64,000 nucleotides of DNA from Rebecca billardiae RCC1528 (lineage: Eukaryota > Protista > Haptophyta). Where the stretch lies: the NCBI GenBank assembly GCA_965240325.2, contig OZ251224.1, positions 3,472,001 to 3,536,000 of the forward strand, given 5' to 3'. Shown here in pieces: positions 10,701 to 23,137 of this stretch (the stretch's first letter is position 1; every line of letters begins with the position of its first letter). The notes under the pieces were generated by a model. The model did no database searches and was not told the DNA's origin. It saw only the letters and a list, made by a program, of their open reading frames with translations. The translations under genes and the position numbers were made by a program.

Positions 10701-13700
10701 GCCCGTCGGCCTCGAGATGCCGCTGCGCCGCTACCTCGACACGTACCTCAAGGCGCCGCCGGCCGACCGCGCGCAGACCGCCGAGGTCGCCGCGCGCGTG
10801 ACCGCGCTGTGCGACGAGTTCCTCGAGACGCTGCCGGCGGGCGAGCCGCGCGAGTCGAAGCGCACCGTGCTCGCGCCGATCTACGCCATCGCCACCGAGT
10901 TCGCCGACGGCCAGCGCGCCCACGCCCTCCGGCTGTGGACGGCGCTGCTGCAGCGGTTTGCCGACGTCGAGAGCGAGTTTGTCGGCAAGTCGACCGATCA
11001 GGCGGTGCTCGAGCTCACCAAGGCGAACAAGGACTCGCTCGCGAACGTGGTGGCGCCGGTGCAGGCGCACCTCTCGCTGCGCACGCGCACCACGCTCGTC
11101 CTCTCGCTCCTCCGCTCGCTCGCCTCCTTCCCCAAGACCTTCGACGTCGAGGCGCTCCGCGACCTGCCGTCCGACCTGCAGCAGGTGCTGCAGCGCATCG
11201 CCGGCTTCAACGACCGCAAGTACATTGAGATCGAGCTCGCGTGCAAGAACTTCCTCGACATGAAGGCGGCGAAGCCCGTGGCGGAGCGGATCGCGGACCT
11301 GCGCGCCGCGCTGCTCAAGCTCGGCCCCGAGACCCTCGCGCAGGAGCCCACCCTCTCCGCCACCATGCTCACCCAGCTCTTTGCCGACGCGGACGACAAG
11401 GTCGCGCTCGCCGCCAAGGAGGCCTACGTGCGCCGCATCTACATGGCGTACGACATCATCTCGCTCTCGTCGGAGAAGGCGGCGGACGGCACGATGCTCA
11501 CCGAGTGGGAGTTCGAGTCGGGCGACAACACGCCCGACGGCCAGAGCTACCCGCGGCGCTACGGCCTCTCCGCCTCCGTGCCCGAGCTCGCCTCGTTCGC
11601 GTCGAAGCTCGACGACGTGCTCGGTCGCTACAGCCCGCCCGCTGCGACGCTCGAGTCGGGCGCGCCCGTCAACGTGCTGCACATCGCGGTGTCGCCGTCG
11701 GAGGCGCTGAGCGCGGACGAGCTGGCGGCGAGCGTCGCGCCGATCATCGCGGGCAAGGCCGAGGCGCTGCGCGCCAAGGGCGTGCGCACGCTCTCCGTCC
11801 TCGTCCCGACGAAGGAGGGCACCCCGCTCACGCTCGCCTTCTCCGAGTGCCAGGGCTACGCCGAGGACACGCTGCGCCGCGGCTTCTACCCGACGCTGCA
11901 CCACTACCTCGAGGTGGGCCGGCTGGAGAACTTCGAGCTGCAGCGGCTCTTCTCGCGCGGCGACGACGCGCAGGTGCTGCTCGCGACCGAGAAGGTCGAC
12001 GCCAACGCGCCGCCCAAGCGCAAGGGCGCGCCCGCGCCGACGCTGTATGTGCGCAGCACCACTTTTACCAAGGAGAAGCTCGTCGAGGCGGCGCCTCGGC
12101 TGCTGCAGGAGGCGCTGGACAACGTGGAGCTCGCGCGGCTGGACAAGCGCGTGCTGCCCACCTCGTCCGCGCGCATCTTCCTCCACGTCGTCCCCGCCTT
12201 CGACTCGCCGCCCGAGCTCCTCGTCAACAACTTTGAGACGACGATGAAGACGGCCCTCGCCGCGGCGGCGCCGCGGCTGCTCAAGCTGAGCATCGACGAG
12301 ATCGAGGTCAAGATCCACTGCAACATGGAGGGGCAGCAGAAGCGGCAGGGCGTGCGGCTGATGGCCTCCTCGCTCGAGGGCGCGTGGCTCCGCACCGACG
12401 GCTACCTCGAGTACCTCGACCCGGTCACCGGCATCGGCTCAACCTTCTGCACGATCTCAAAGGCGAGCGGCGCCGACCCCGAGGTGTGTATGCTGCAGCC
12501 GTACCGTGCGGACAACTCGCTCGACGCGAAGCGCGCGACCGCGCGGCGGATCGGCACGACGTACGCGTACGACTTCCTCGGCCTGCTCGAGAAGGCGCTG
12601 ATCGCCGAGTGGACCGCGCACCTCGCCGAGGTGCCCGGCGCCGGCGCGATGCCGGAGGGCGTCCTCGCGTCGACCGAGCTCGCCCTCTCTGCCGACGGCT
12701 CACGCGTGCAGCCGATCGACCGCCTCGTCGGCACCAACGACGTGGGCATGGTCGCGTGGGACTGCACGATCAAGACGCCCGAGTACCCGGAGGGCCGGCC
12801 GCTCGTCATCGTCGCGAACGACTGCACCTTCATGTCCGGCTCGTTCGGCGTGAAGGAGGACGACGTCTTCCAGAAGGTCTCGGAGTTTGCGCGCGAGCGC
12901 GGCGTGCCGCGGCTGCACCTCGCGTCCAACTCTGGCGCGCGCATCGGGCTGGCCGACGAGGTGAAGCCGCTGTTCAACGTGGCGTTCAAGGACCCGTCGA
13001 ACCCGGCGGCGGGGTTCGACTACCTCTACCTCACCGAGGCCGACTACACCGCGCTCGGCGACGGCGTCGTCGGCGCGGAGCGCGTCGACGCGGGCGGCGA
13101 CGTCCGGTACAAGCTGGACTGCGTGATTGGCAAGCAGGATGGGCTGGGCGTCGAGAACCTGCGCGGCTCGGGCATGATCGCGGGCGAGACGTCGAGGGCG
13201 TACGAGGAGATCTTCACGCTCTCGTACGTGACCGGCCGCTCCGTCGGGATCGGCGCGTACCTCAACCGCCTCGGCCAGCGCGTCATCCAGAAAGCCGTCG
13301 GCCCAATCATCCTCACAGGCTTCTCGGCGCTCAACAAGCTGCTCGGCCGTGACGTGTACGAGTCACAGGACCAGCTGGGCGGGCCGCAGATCATGGGGCC
13401 GAACGGCGTGGCGCATCTCGGCGTGGACGACGACCAGGCGGCGATGGAGGCGATCGTGCGCTGGCTCTCGTACACGCCGGCCACCGTCGACGAGTTCTCG
13501 CGCGCGCGCGCCACCGCCGACCCGATCGACCGGCCAGTCGAGTTCAAGCCGACGCCGACGCCGTACGACCCTCGTCACTTCATCGCCGGCACCGTGGACT
13601 CGGACGGGCGCGCGCTCAGCGGCTTCTTCGACGCGGGCTCGTGGACCGAGTCGCTCGCCGAGTGGGGCAAGTCCGTCGTCGTCGGCCGCGCGCGGCTCGG

Positions 13701-15252
13701 CGGCCAGCCCGTCGGCGTGATCGCCGTCGAGACGCGTCTCACTGAGACTCGGATCCCGGCCGACCCGGCCAACCCGGCGTCGTCTGAGACCGTCCTGCAG
13801 CAGGCGGGCCAGGTGTGGTTCCCGGACTCGGCGTTCAAGACGGCGCAGGCGCTCAACGACTTCAACTACGGCGAGCGCCTCCCCGTCTTCATCTTCGCCA
13901 ACTGGCGCGGCTTCTCGGGCGGCACGCGCGACATGTTTGGCGAAGTGCTCAAATACGGCGCGTACATCGTGGACGCGCTGCGGAAGCACGAGGTGCGGAG
14001 CGGCGTGGGGCGCGCGCTGGCAGCCTTGCGCGCGCCGCGCGCGGCGGCGCGGGGCGTGGCGGCCGGGCGGGCGGCGAATGGGGCGGCGGCGGTGCACCCG
14101 CGCGGCTTCCGGGCGGTGCGGCGGCGGCGGGGAGGCCTGTGCGCGCGCACAAACCGGCGCTCGCTCACCCCGCCGCCTTCGCGCCCGCGCCCGCGCCCGC
14201 ACCCTCGCCCGCGCAGGCGCCCGTCTTCGTCTACATCCCTCCGTGCGGCGAGCTGCGCGGCGGCTCGTGGGTGGTCGTCGACCCGACGATCAACGCGGAG
14301 CAGATGGAGATGTACGCCGAGACCAACAGCCGCGGAGGCATCCTCGAGCCGCCGGGCATCTGCGACATCAAGTTTCGTCAGCCGGACCTCATCAAGCTGA
14401 TGGGCCGCAACGACCCGACCATCATGCAGCTGAGCACGCAGCTCAAGTCGGCGTCCGACCCGTCGGACGTCGACGCGCTCAACGCGCAGATCGACGCGCG
14501 GCAGCAGCTGCTCCTCCCGCTGTACATGCAGATTGCGTACGAGTTTGCCGACCTGCACGACCGGCCGGGCCGGATGAAGGCGAAGGGCGTCATCCGCGAC
14601 GTGGTCGAGTGGAGCAGCTCGCGCGCCTACTTCTACTGGTGCGCGCGCAGCTGCGCGCGCGGCGCTGCGCGTTGCGCGAGCGAGCGCGCGCGCTCGCGCG
14701 CGCGCCCGGGGCAGGGTGGGCGCGCGAAGACGGGCGCGAAGAGGGGCGCTGCTGACGCCCCCGCGCCGCGCGATCCCCGTGCCGCGCGCCGCGAGCAGGC
14801 GGCTGCAGCGCCGCCTTGCCGAGGGCAAGGTCCAGAAGGCAGTCTCGCGCATGTCGGGCCGCGACATGCCGCGCGACGCGGTGCGCGCACGCGCGCACCG
14901 CGCCGCGCGACGCGAGCGCGGAGCGCTGCGGCTCGCGCGCGCGAGCGACGCGCCGAGCGCCCCTGCCCTCCCCCACGGCTTGCACGCGGCCGCTCACCGC
15001 CTCCCGCGCGCGCGCCGCGCGCGCTCGCAGGTCGTCGCCAAGCTGCAGGAGCTGGCCGGCTCAAAGGGCGTCGCCTGGGACGACGACAAGGCGGTGACGG
15101 CCTTCCTGCAGGAGAGCGCGGACGCGGTCGACGCGGCGACGCGCGAGCTCGCGTTCGGCGCGGTGAGCGAGCAGCTCGAGACGCTGATCGCGCCGCTCGA
15201 CAGCACGCAGCGCGCGGAGCTGCTCGCCTTCCTCTCCTCCAAGGCGAAGTAA
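7709..15252 (+). CDS. ACC: Homomeric acetyl-CoA carboxylase, plastid-targeted; 5 exons
   Basis: BC domain (KVLIANNG, KASEGGGGKGIR, RDCSTQRRHQK), biotinyl motif EAMKM and CT domain (GLGVENLRGSG, ANWRGFSGG). Exons 7709-7999, 8326-13992, 14217-14638, 14799-14880 and 15031-15252, all with GT-AG introns. Signal peptide MMRVALLLSALACAHS. Confidence 0.97.
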
Positions 15253-15589
15253 GCGGCGGCCGAGTGCGCGCTCAGCGCCGCTGCAAGCTGGCTCGCGCGC
15301 GGCGAGCTCGGTGCCCAGCGGCCGCTGAGCGCGGCCGGCGGCGTGCTCCGCTGCGCGAGCGCGTCGGCGTCCGGACTCGCTGCTGCCTTCCATGACCATG
15401 CCCCCGGTGACGCACACGGCCGGCAGCGTCGCGCTCGCGCTCCGGCGGCTCCTCGAGCCACAGGATACATGCCGGGAGCTACGACGACGACTCCTCATTG
15501 CCACGGCGCAGACGTGAGAGTCGTGAGACGAGGCGGCGCTGTGCGACGTCAACTCTGGCCGCGCGTCTTCTTACTTCCTCCTCGACGAC

Positions 15590-15825
15590 AGACCTCGACT
15601 GACGATGATGACTACGATGAGTAACGATGACGATGACGACGATGCTGCGCGATGGTGCCATGATTCTGATGACCATATGCGGCAGTACATGCATGAGAAT
15701 ATGATGAGTAAAGTACGATCTGCTGAATGCTGATCGCCATCATGGCGGCGCGATGATCGCGTCAAATAATCTTCGTCATCATCATCACAGATCCGACGGC
15801 GCGATCTCACATCAGATGATATGAT
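15590..15825. repeat. Degenerate (GAT/GAC)n low-complexity tract
   Basis: Runs of gatgac/gatgat and catcat downstream of the ACCase. Confidence 0.5.
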
Positions 15826-15828
15826 TTA

Positions 15829-17532
15829 GACAGGTTGCACGGAAAAATGACCGCCCGCGACTGACAGATGTTACATTCACAGTGGACGCGACCTGTCCAC
15901 CCGTCTTTCGGTACATCGCGCCCGTCCCATGGCGGCCGGCGCGTGGCGCGAGTGCTTGGAAACGGAGGAGCACACGAAGGTCGTCCGTTTCCGACCTTCG
16001 CGGCCACGGCCCGCCTCCCCGTTCGCGCGCAATCGGTACCACAGTCTGGTGCCCAGTTCCTCTCACTCCCGCGTCGGCAGTGGCGCGAAGCCGAAGCGCA
16101 TCGGGAAGAAGCACAAGGTGACCTGGACACAGGTGGTAGATAGAGCCTTCAAGGAGGCTGCCGTCGCGAACGAGCAGGATGCGCCGGTTGTGGTATGCGC
16201 GTGCACCCTTGCACGAACGTGTGCTGGTCTCCTGCTGCACTGCTCATACCGTACGCACGACGGCGCGCAAGCGTGCGCACGCGCTCAGGTGGCTCTGACC
16301 ACACGCGCGAGTGCTTGTGAAGCTCGCCTCACGAGGCCTTCGTAGAAGAAGGCGGGCAACCGGAGTGCGCTAAGGAAGCAGAAGACGATGCTCGCCAAAG
16401 TCGTCCAGCGCGCGAGGGCGAAGCTTGCTACGGCGCGCGCGGCCTCTGTTGTTGCAGCTCTGGCCGCTGCTCCGGCCGTGAAGGCGTCTGGCACGGGGTC
16501 CTCGGACAAGCAGGCGAACGGTGGGCAGTCGGCCTTTGCCGCCGGAAAGAAGTATCGGAAACGCACACATTTGATCGTGCGCGTGGTGCGCTCGCGCGCC
16601 GTGACGCAGCAAGCAGGCGATCCTTGACAAGCGCCTCGCTGACGCTCAGCAGGCCGAGGCGACGAGCGCGGCGCTCGCCCCACGCCGACAGGCACGCCCT
16701 GAGCGAGGGGGAAGGCACCTTTGGAGACAGCACTAGGCACTCGACGTTGAGTATGTCATTGATCGCGCGCGTGTGTGATCGATCACGGCAGCATGACTAA
16801 GTCGCGCGAGGTGTAGTAGGCGGTAGCGCGCCTCTTCGCCGCATCATCTGCAGCTGACTAGTGACTGGCGTGCACCCGCCAGCTCGCTCACGTTGCGCGC
16901 GGCAGCGGTCGGCTTCCACCCTGTTCGCACAGCGCGGCAGCGGCTGCACCGCCCGTTCCGCTGGACGCCGGCTCGCTCGTCGTTGACGACTTCTTCTTCA
17001 ACCCGGTCGCGCGGGCGCGGTGATGGTACACTCCGGCAGGCAGAGTGCGGCGCGCTGTCTGATGCTCTATGCGTGCGCGTGGCTTTCTGCACGACGTCGA
17101 CTCAGCGGCTGCTACGTGTGGCATCCAGCTCGAGGCGGAGGTCGCCAGGGCTCGCCCAAGGTCGAGACTGTCCTGCGTGTGATAGATCGCCGAGGTGCGG
17201 CCGCAGGGTGCTCGCTGGCTGATTCCTGACGATGACGAGGAGTTGCGCGCCGTCGCAACCTCCGTCGCACGTATGGTGCCGACCGAGTCGAGCGGATGAC
17301 GCTCGTGGCGGCTGCTCTTCAAATGACGCGGTCGGGCCCTTGGCGAGCTCGGGAAGAGGGCTCGGTCTGCTACATGTGCGTCAGTAGTCGCGTCCCAAAC
17401 CGTGCGCAAGACCCGTTGAGTCGTCCATAGCGCGGCAGCACGGCCGCACCAGCGAGGGGGCACCGTGGGCGGGCAGCCATGCTCCGAAGGGCCGAAATGT
17501 AACACCAAGGTCACTTTCCCGTGCAACCTGTC
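15829..17532. mobile_element. Non-autonomous TIR DNA transposon, about 1.7 kb, with TTTA target duplication
   Basis: Left end GACAGGTTGCACGGAAAAATGACC (15829-15852) matches the right end GGTCACTTTCCCGTGCAACCTGTC (17509-17532) at 22/24 positions as an inverted repeat. A subterminal match TGTTACATT/AATGTAACA extends it. TTTA flanks both sides (15825-28 and 17533-36). Confidence 0.8.
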
Positions 17533-17956
17533 TTTATTGATTAGGCTAATATGATCATTACGCGCGCCATCTCTTTCCCCGGGCCCCGCGAACGGGGAGT
17601 ACGACGTTATACGAGTACGGGGACGCGGGGACGCCACTGAGATGCCAAAGATCCGCGCCGCCCGACAACTGCTCCTAGGTCGTAGTGATCCGACGGCTCG
17701 ACGAGTGATCGAGTGATCCGCACGACGGGCGGCGTCGCCTGCAACTGATCACGGCCGCTCTCCTGGCCCGGTGCTCAGGAGACACGGGAGTCAGGAGCCG
17801 GAGGCGCACTCGCTTTAAGATCGGGATGATGCGTCGTGATGTCCTGCAGCGGTTGTCACCGCCTAGTTATTAGCGCTACAGGTCTGCCCCAGCGGTTGCG
17901 CAACTGCTCTCCACATCTCTCGACGTACAGAGTGGCGCCGCCGGTCCGCGTTGCTC

Positions 17957-18290
17957 GACTGGATCTGCGCACCGGGCCTCACCTGCAAGTGTTTGTAACG
18001 GCCGTCCACCAGCCCTACACTCTACAGCCCGGGGCCCAGTGGGAGCACGCGCTTGATGCGTGCCCTGCGCGGTTTTCACCTGGCTGCCTGCCCCTGCTGC
18101 TGCAACTCTCGACGGCGGTGCGCAGATCAGTGTTAGTGTACTGTAGCTTGACTGGATCTGCGCCCCGGGCCTCGCCTGCAACTGTTTATTTATACGGCCG
18201 TCCACCAGCCCTACAGCCCTACACGGTCCGAGGCTCAGTCAGTCTAGACAGTATAGGGGCGCGCGCTTGATGCGTGCCCTGCGCAGTTGT
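17957..18290 (+). repeat. Degenerate direct duplication of about 120-140 bp
   Basis: GACTGGATCTGCGC..GGCCGTCCACCAGCCCTACA..GCGCTTGATGCGTGCCCTGCGC occurs at about 17957-18075 and 18150-18290. Confidence 0.7.
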
Positions 18291-19211
18291 CAACGCAGGC
18301 TGCACCCGCCCCAGCGTCCGCAGCACTCGGGACCGTGGCACCGCAGCTGCCTTGACGACCAGCTGTCGTGACGCCGGCTGCCAGCTAACCAATCTGATGA
18401 GTTCATTAATTAAGTCCTCACTGGCACGCGCGCACGGCCGTCGTCTCTGCAGCCAGTGCCGCCGAGTCTGCAGCGCTGTCCGCACCACGGCTCTCAACGT
18501 CTGAAGGTGGTCGTGAAGCTGCCGCCGGCGTGCAGCGGCGGCTGCAACTCACTCTCCCACTTCGGAAAGGAAGCCATGGCGGGCGTGAATGCCCGTCCCA
18601 CCACGATCCAAGGCGCGTGTGGCACGTCCGGGACCGGGGGGCATGCCACACGCCGGTCGGCGTCGGCGTACGAGCATGTGGGCATGCGTGACAGCTTCCT
18701 TTCCGACTTTTCGACCACTCTCACGTCCACGTCTACGTCCTCGTGCGGGCGGCGCGCGCGTGAGGCTCGCATGGGAAGAATGGGTAAGTAGGGACCAGGA
18801 TCACCCTTCTGACGGCCATGCCGACCTCTTTAGTATGCCTTGCGACGGTGCAGGCCAGTCAATGTTCCGTCTGACCCCACACACCGTAAGTCTGACGATC
18901 AATGTTGACTGCGCGGTAGTCGTGCGACCGCCGCCCGACACTGTTGGCACCGTGCGAATACGTGTGCAGCGTGTGCGCGCCTGTCAACGGCGAGGCGATC
19001 ATCAACCGACATGGCTAGCGAGCTGATCAGGACTAGTACCAACCTTGTCTGGGACCACGCCACGCGATTTGGCGACCTCGCCACCGCTCAATGCCCGTCC
19101 AGAGGCACGGACGTGCCGCACTACCTGGCCAGCCACCGCCAAAGTGGGGCCCACCATTTGGACCCCCCTTACGAACGCACGGAAAGTCGTCCAACGGTCA
19201 TCGACGTCACA

Positions 19212-19233
19212 TCCCTAACCCTACCCCTAACCC
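19212..19233 (+). repeat. Short interstitial telomere-like repeat (CCCTAA)
   Basis: Sequence ccctaa ccctac ccctaa ccc. Confidence 0.5.
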
Positions 19234-19299
19234 GGCTGCGGAGCGACGCTCGCCAGCGCTCCGTGCGCCTCGACGGGGAGCAACGAGTCGCCCGCACAG

Positions 19300-20898
19300 A
19301 TGGAGGAACCCAGCGCCGCGGTGAAGCTGCTTCGTCGCAGATCGGCGCGAGGTGATGCGCGAGCCACGTACCTCCTGGCGGATCGCCTCGCACACGGAGA
19401 CGGCGTCGCTCAGAACGAGTGTGAGGCGATGCGCCTGTTTAACATCGCCGCCGAGCGCGGGCTGGCGGACGCTCAGTTCAAGCTTGGCGAATGCCATGAT
19501 TGGGCCCGGTTTGGACTGGGTCAAAACGTCATCAAGGCCGTGCACTGGTATCAGCTGGCGGCCGAGCAGGGCAACGCGGATGCGCAGTGCAACCTGGGCT
19601 GGTGCTGCGAGAAGGGTGAGGGCGTGCCTCAGGACATGGCTGAGGCGGTGCGCTGGTACCGGCTGGCGGCCGAGCAGGGCCTCGCACGGGCGCAGTTCAA
19701 CCTGGGACTGTGCTACTATGAAGGCAAGGGCGTGCCGCAGGACTGGGCCGAGGCGGCGCGCTGGTACCGGCTGGCGGCCGAGCAGGGCGATGCAGATGCG
19801 CAGGTCAACCTGGGCGAGTGCTTCCAGAAGGGCGAGGGCGTGCCGCAGGACATGGCCGAAGGGGCGCGCTGGTACCGGCTGGCGGCTGAGCAGGGCGATG
19901 CAGATGCGCAGTTCAACCTGGGCGAGTGCTTCCAGAAGGGCGAGGGCGTGCCGCAGGACATGGCTGAAGGGGCGCGCTGGTACCGGCTGGCGGCTGAGCA
20001 GGGCGATGCAGATGCGCAGAGCAACCTGGGCTGGTGCTTCCAGAAGGGCGAGGGCGTGCCGCAGGACATGGCCGAAGGGGCGCGCTGGTACCGGCTGGTG
20101 GCTGAGCAGGGCGATGCAGATGCGCAGTTCAACCTGGGCGTGTGCTTCCAGAAGGGCGAGGGCGTGCCGCAGGACATGGCCGAAGGGGCGCGCTGGTACC
20201 GGCTGGCGGCTGAGCAGGGCAACGCAAATGCGCAGTTCAACCTGGGCGTGTGCTTCCAGAAGGGCGAGGGCGTGCCGCAGGACTGGGCGGAAGCGGTGCG
20301 GTGGTACCGGCTGGTGGCCGAGCAAGGAGCTGCCGATGCGCAGAACAGCCTAGGTGAGTGCTGCAAGAAAGGCGAGGGCGTACCGCAGGACTGGGCTGAG
20401 GCGGCGCGCTGGTACCGGCTGGCGGCTGAGCAGGATTACTCAGATGCGCAGTTCAACCTGGGCGAGCTCTGCGAGAAGGGCGAGGGCGTGCCGCAGGACA
20501 TGGCCGAGGCGGTGCGCTTGTACCGGCTGGCCGCTGATGGTGATCAGCCACTCGCTTATTACCGGCTTGGAAAACATACGCTGGCAGGCAAGGGCGTGGA
20601 GCGCGATGTGGTGGAGGGCGCGCGGCTGCTGCGCCGTGCGCACGAGCTCGACAGCACTCTCGACCCTTGTGAAGTGCTCGTCGCCGAGTATGCGGGGGAT
20701 CGCGATGTGGTGTCCAAGTGCTGCCTCGTGTGTGCCAAGACGGACCGTCGCACCTTGAAGAAGTGCGACCGGTGCCACGTGGCGGTGTTGTGCTCACATG
20801 GCCACCTGCGGCTGGCGTGGAAGGCGCACAAGCCGCACTGCAACGCATATGGCGGCAGAGACTGCACTCTGCCGCAGGCTTCCTCGGAGTCAATATGA
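19300..20898 (+). CDS. Sel1-like repeat protein (12 SLRs) with a C-terminal MYND-type zinc finger, paralog 1
   Basis: 36-aa units xAxAQxxLGxCxxKGEGVPQD(M/W)AEAARWYRLAAEQG, then CLVC..CDRC..CSHGH..AWKAHKPHC. Intronless. Confidence 0.92.
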   Translation: MEEPSAAVKLLRRRSARGDARATYLLADRLAHGDGVAQNECEAMRLFNIAAERGLADAQFKLGECHDWARFGLGQNVIKAVHWYQLAAEQGNADAQCNLGWCCEKGEGVPQDMAEAVRWYRLAAEQGLARAQFNLGLCYYEGKGVPQDWAEAARWYRLAAEQGDADAQVNLGECFQKGEGVPQDMAEGARWYRLAAEQGDADAQFNLGECFQKGEGVPQDMAEGARWYRLAAEQGDADAQSNLGWCFQKGEGVPQDMAEGARWYRLVAEQGDADAQFNLGVCFQKGEGVPQDMAEGARWYRLAAEQGNANAQFNLGVCFQKGEGVPQDWAEAVRWYRLVAEQGAADAQNSLGECCKKGEGVPQDWAEAARWYRLAAEQDYSDAQFNLGELCEKGEGVPQDMAEAVRLYRLAADGDQPLAYYRLGKHTLAGKGVERDVVEGARLLRRAHELDSTLDPCEVLVAEYAGDRDVVSKCCLVCAKTDRRTLKKCDRCHVAVLCSHGHLRLAWKAHKPHCNAYGGRDCTLPQASSESI

Positions 20899-21990
20899 CG
20901 ATCGGATGATGCATGATTGATGATGCCACGGTGATGAACCGACGAGATGATGCTGATGACGATAACAATAATAGGCTCCGGCTTCCGGGCCGTTCGGTCC
21001 ACCCCCCCAGTCCGGTCACTGGAGCGTTCCATCTTGTCTTCTTGACACTGCAATCGATCGATCGGCGGGATCGCGGCCGCTTCTGATGATCTATGATACA
21101 ATACCTTAGAACTACATCACACCCCAGGCGGTCCCTTGGACGATATTAGCTACGGCCAGACCCCGGACGATCATCAGCCACACCTCCAATATTAACTAAC
21201 ATCAGGTTCAGACGACTCTACTTTCTATAATAACTAAATACCCAGCCCGGGTATCATTTTCGCATATATGTATACAGGTGTCCGGAACGCTCCCGGACTG
21301 TGCTGAAATATGAGTAAGTAAGGGACGGGTAATTGCATAGTGAAAATAGAGTCTGAACCTATTGGGAGGTGGTCCGGATGCGACATTTCTCGCGTTGATG
21401 AAGTCGTCATAATCCGTCATTTAATTATTCATCATCATTATTCAATATATTCATCAATCGGTGGTCGTCGGAAGGGACTCTGCTGAGTGCTCGGTACTCC
21501 TGTAGCGGGTACTGCTGCACGGCCTCCCGGCTTATTCGGATGGTTGACTTCGGCTCGGGGCGAAGTAACGGAGCTGGGGGTGGTGGACCGGAGCCGGAGC
21601 CAATACGACTTATAGCGATGCGTGGTGGCGGACTGAGACTCTCACTGATGATCGACGACTCGGAGTAAATCTGCTGCGCCGGTTTGGATGACCGAGGGCC
21701 ACGCCGCCGCTCGATTCCAGTACCAGGACTGAGGAGTGTGTGTGAGGCCCGCGCCACGGACCCACGGGGCGGGCTGCGCTGCCAGCGCGTCGATCGCCGA
21801 CGACGTCACTCGCCGTCAGGGACACAGGCAGTACGTTACTCGTTAGTAATAGTCCGACGCCGACTCGAGACTCCGAGTAGCGGCGGCCCCGCCCGCCCGC
21901 GCCCCCCGCCCGGGCCGCCTGGGCCCGGCAGCGCTGCGCGCCAGCCCAGGTAAGCCGTCATACATGCACACTGTATAGTGATGCAGAGGC

Positions 21991-22649
21991 TTACACTCGA
22001 AGTAGTGTTTCCATACTCCGACACTGAGTGCCGCCAGCGCCGGCGCACCGTGAGCCTCGCGCCACGCGGATGGCCAGCGCAGCACGGGCAGCGCTAGCGC
22101 GGCCTCGGCGCAGCCGAGCAGGACGTGGGTGAGCGCAGTTAGCGCGGATCACCCGACCGAGCTCAGATCGACCATGCTGACGGCCACATACACGATGCCT
22201 ACCTTCGACAACGCACTCCGCCAGGCTGCGAGCTGCCCTTTCCACTCGAGCGCCGCTGTGACGTCGCCGCGGCCGCGGCAGTAGCGCACGGAGGGGACGA
22301 ACGCGAGCACCGCCGCCGCGAGCGCAGCCAGCAGCCGGAGCGCGACGGCGAGGACGCCGACGGACGCGGCCACCGCGAAGGCTCAGCGCGCGGCGTGATC
22401 GAGTGCCGAGCCCGGCGCAAGCAGCACGAGCTAGTGCCAATCCTGCCGCCCCACGTGCGCTATGCAGCGCGCATCCACGGGCGCGCCCGCTGTCCCTCGC
22501 TGCTGCAGCCGGCCGTGCGAGCCCTTGATATGTTGCCGCCAGTAGTAGGCCGCGCTGGCGAGGAGTACCGCGCAGCACGTGGCGCTGATGACGAGCAGCC
22601 ACCGCCCCGCGCCCCAGCTCCCGAGCCGCTCACGCACCCGCACCGCCAC
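21991..22649 (-). pseudogene. Decayed membrane-protein gene
   Basis: Consecutive hydrophobic ORF pieces (MAVRVRE..LLVISATCCAVLL; VAASVGVLAVALRLLAAL..; LTHVLLGCAEAALALPV) are broken by a stop at 22431-33, a frameshift near 22380 and a stop at 22149-51. Confidence 0.45.
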
Positions 22650-23137
22650 TGGGACCGCAGGCGGCGCGCGCCCGGCCGTTAACGTTTCGCCGCCGTCCGC
22701 ACAGACACAGCCGAGTCGCTCAGCTCGGGGCTATCGGGGACCAGCGTGGAGCGGGCGTCGCGCTGGTCTTCGAGCGCCGCCGTCATTACGCGCATCCTCG
22801 CTCGAGCGCGCCACCTCGCGCGCCGCTGGTGAGTTTGCCCGGGGAGCGCTCATCAATGGGGCGCCTGGCAAAGTTGAGAACCAGAAGGTATCATACTGCC
22901 ATACAGACAGTAGGTATGGATACTACTATTATACCACGTTTTGCCCATCAATGCTCGTAAGGTCGTAGTAGTATTGATTGAGGAATGATTAACCGTAAAG
23001 TGGATTGTTGCTACTGAAAGCCGCCCGGCCAAGAACCCAACAGACTCTCTTGGTCTCGGACGGGTGGAGAATCGACGCGGCCACGACTATCAAGTTGGAG
23101 TGCACCGTGCACAGCCCTTGCGAGTACCGCCCTTGCC

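Noticed and set aside
7675-12318. 1547-aa minus-strand ORF, and similar long ORFs such as 560-2410, 2250-4841, 26463-28304 and 40059-42380
   Set aside because: These are antisense or off-frame shadows of real genes, caused by high GC3 and few stop codons. They are R/A/G-rich with no domain motifs.
8002-14400. 2132-aa ORF read as the complete ACCase
   Set aside because: Both ends run through stop-free GC-rich introns. The real gene is spliced and spans 7709-15252.
21998-22930. Possible TIR pair (GTTTCCATAC / GTATGGATAC) around the decayed membrane gene
   Set aside because: The match is only about 10 bp, imperfect, and has no TSD.
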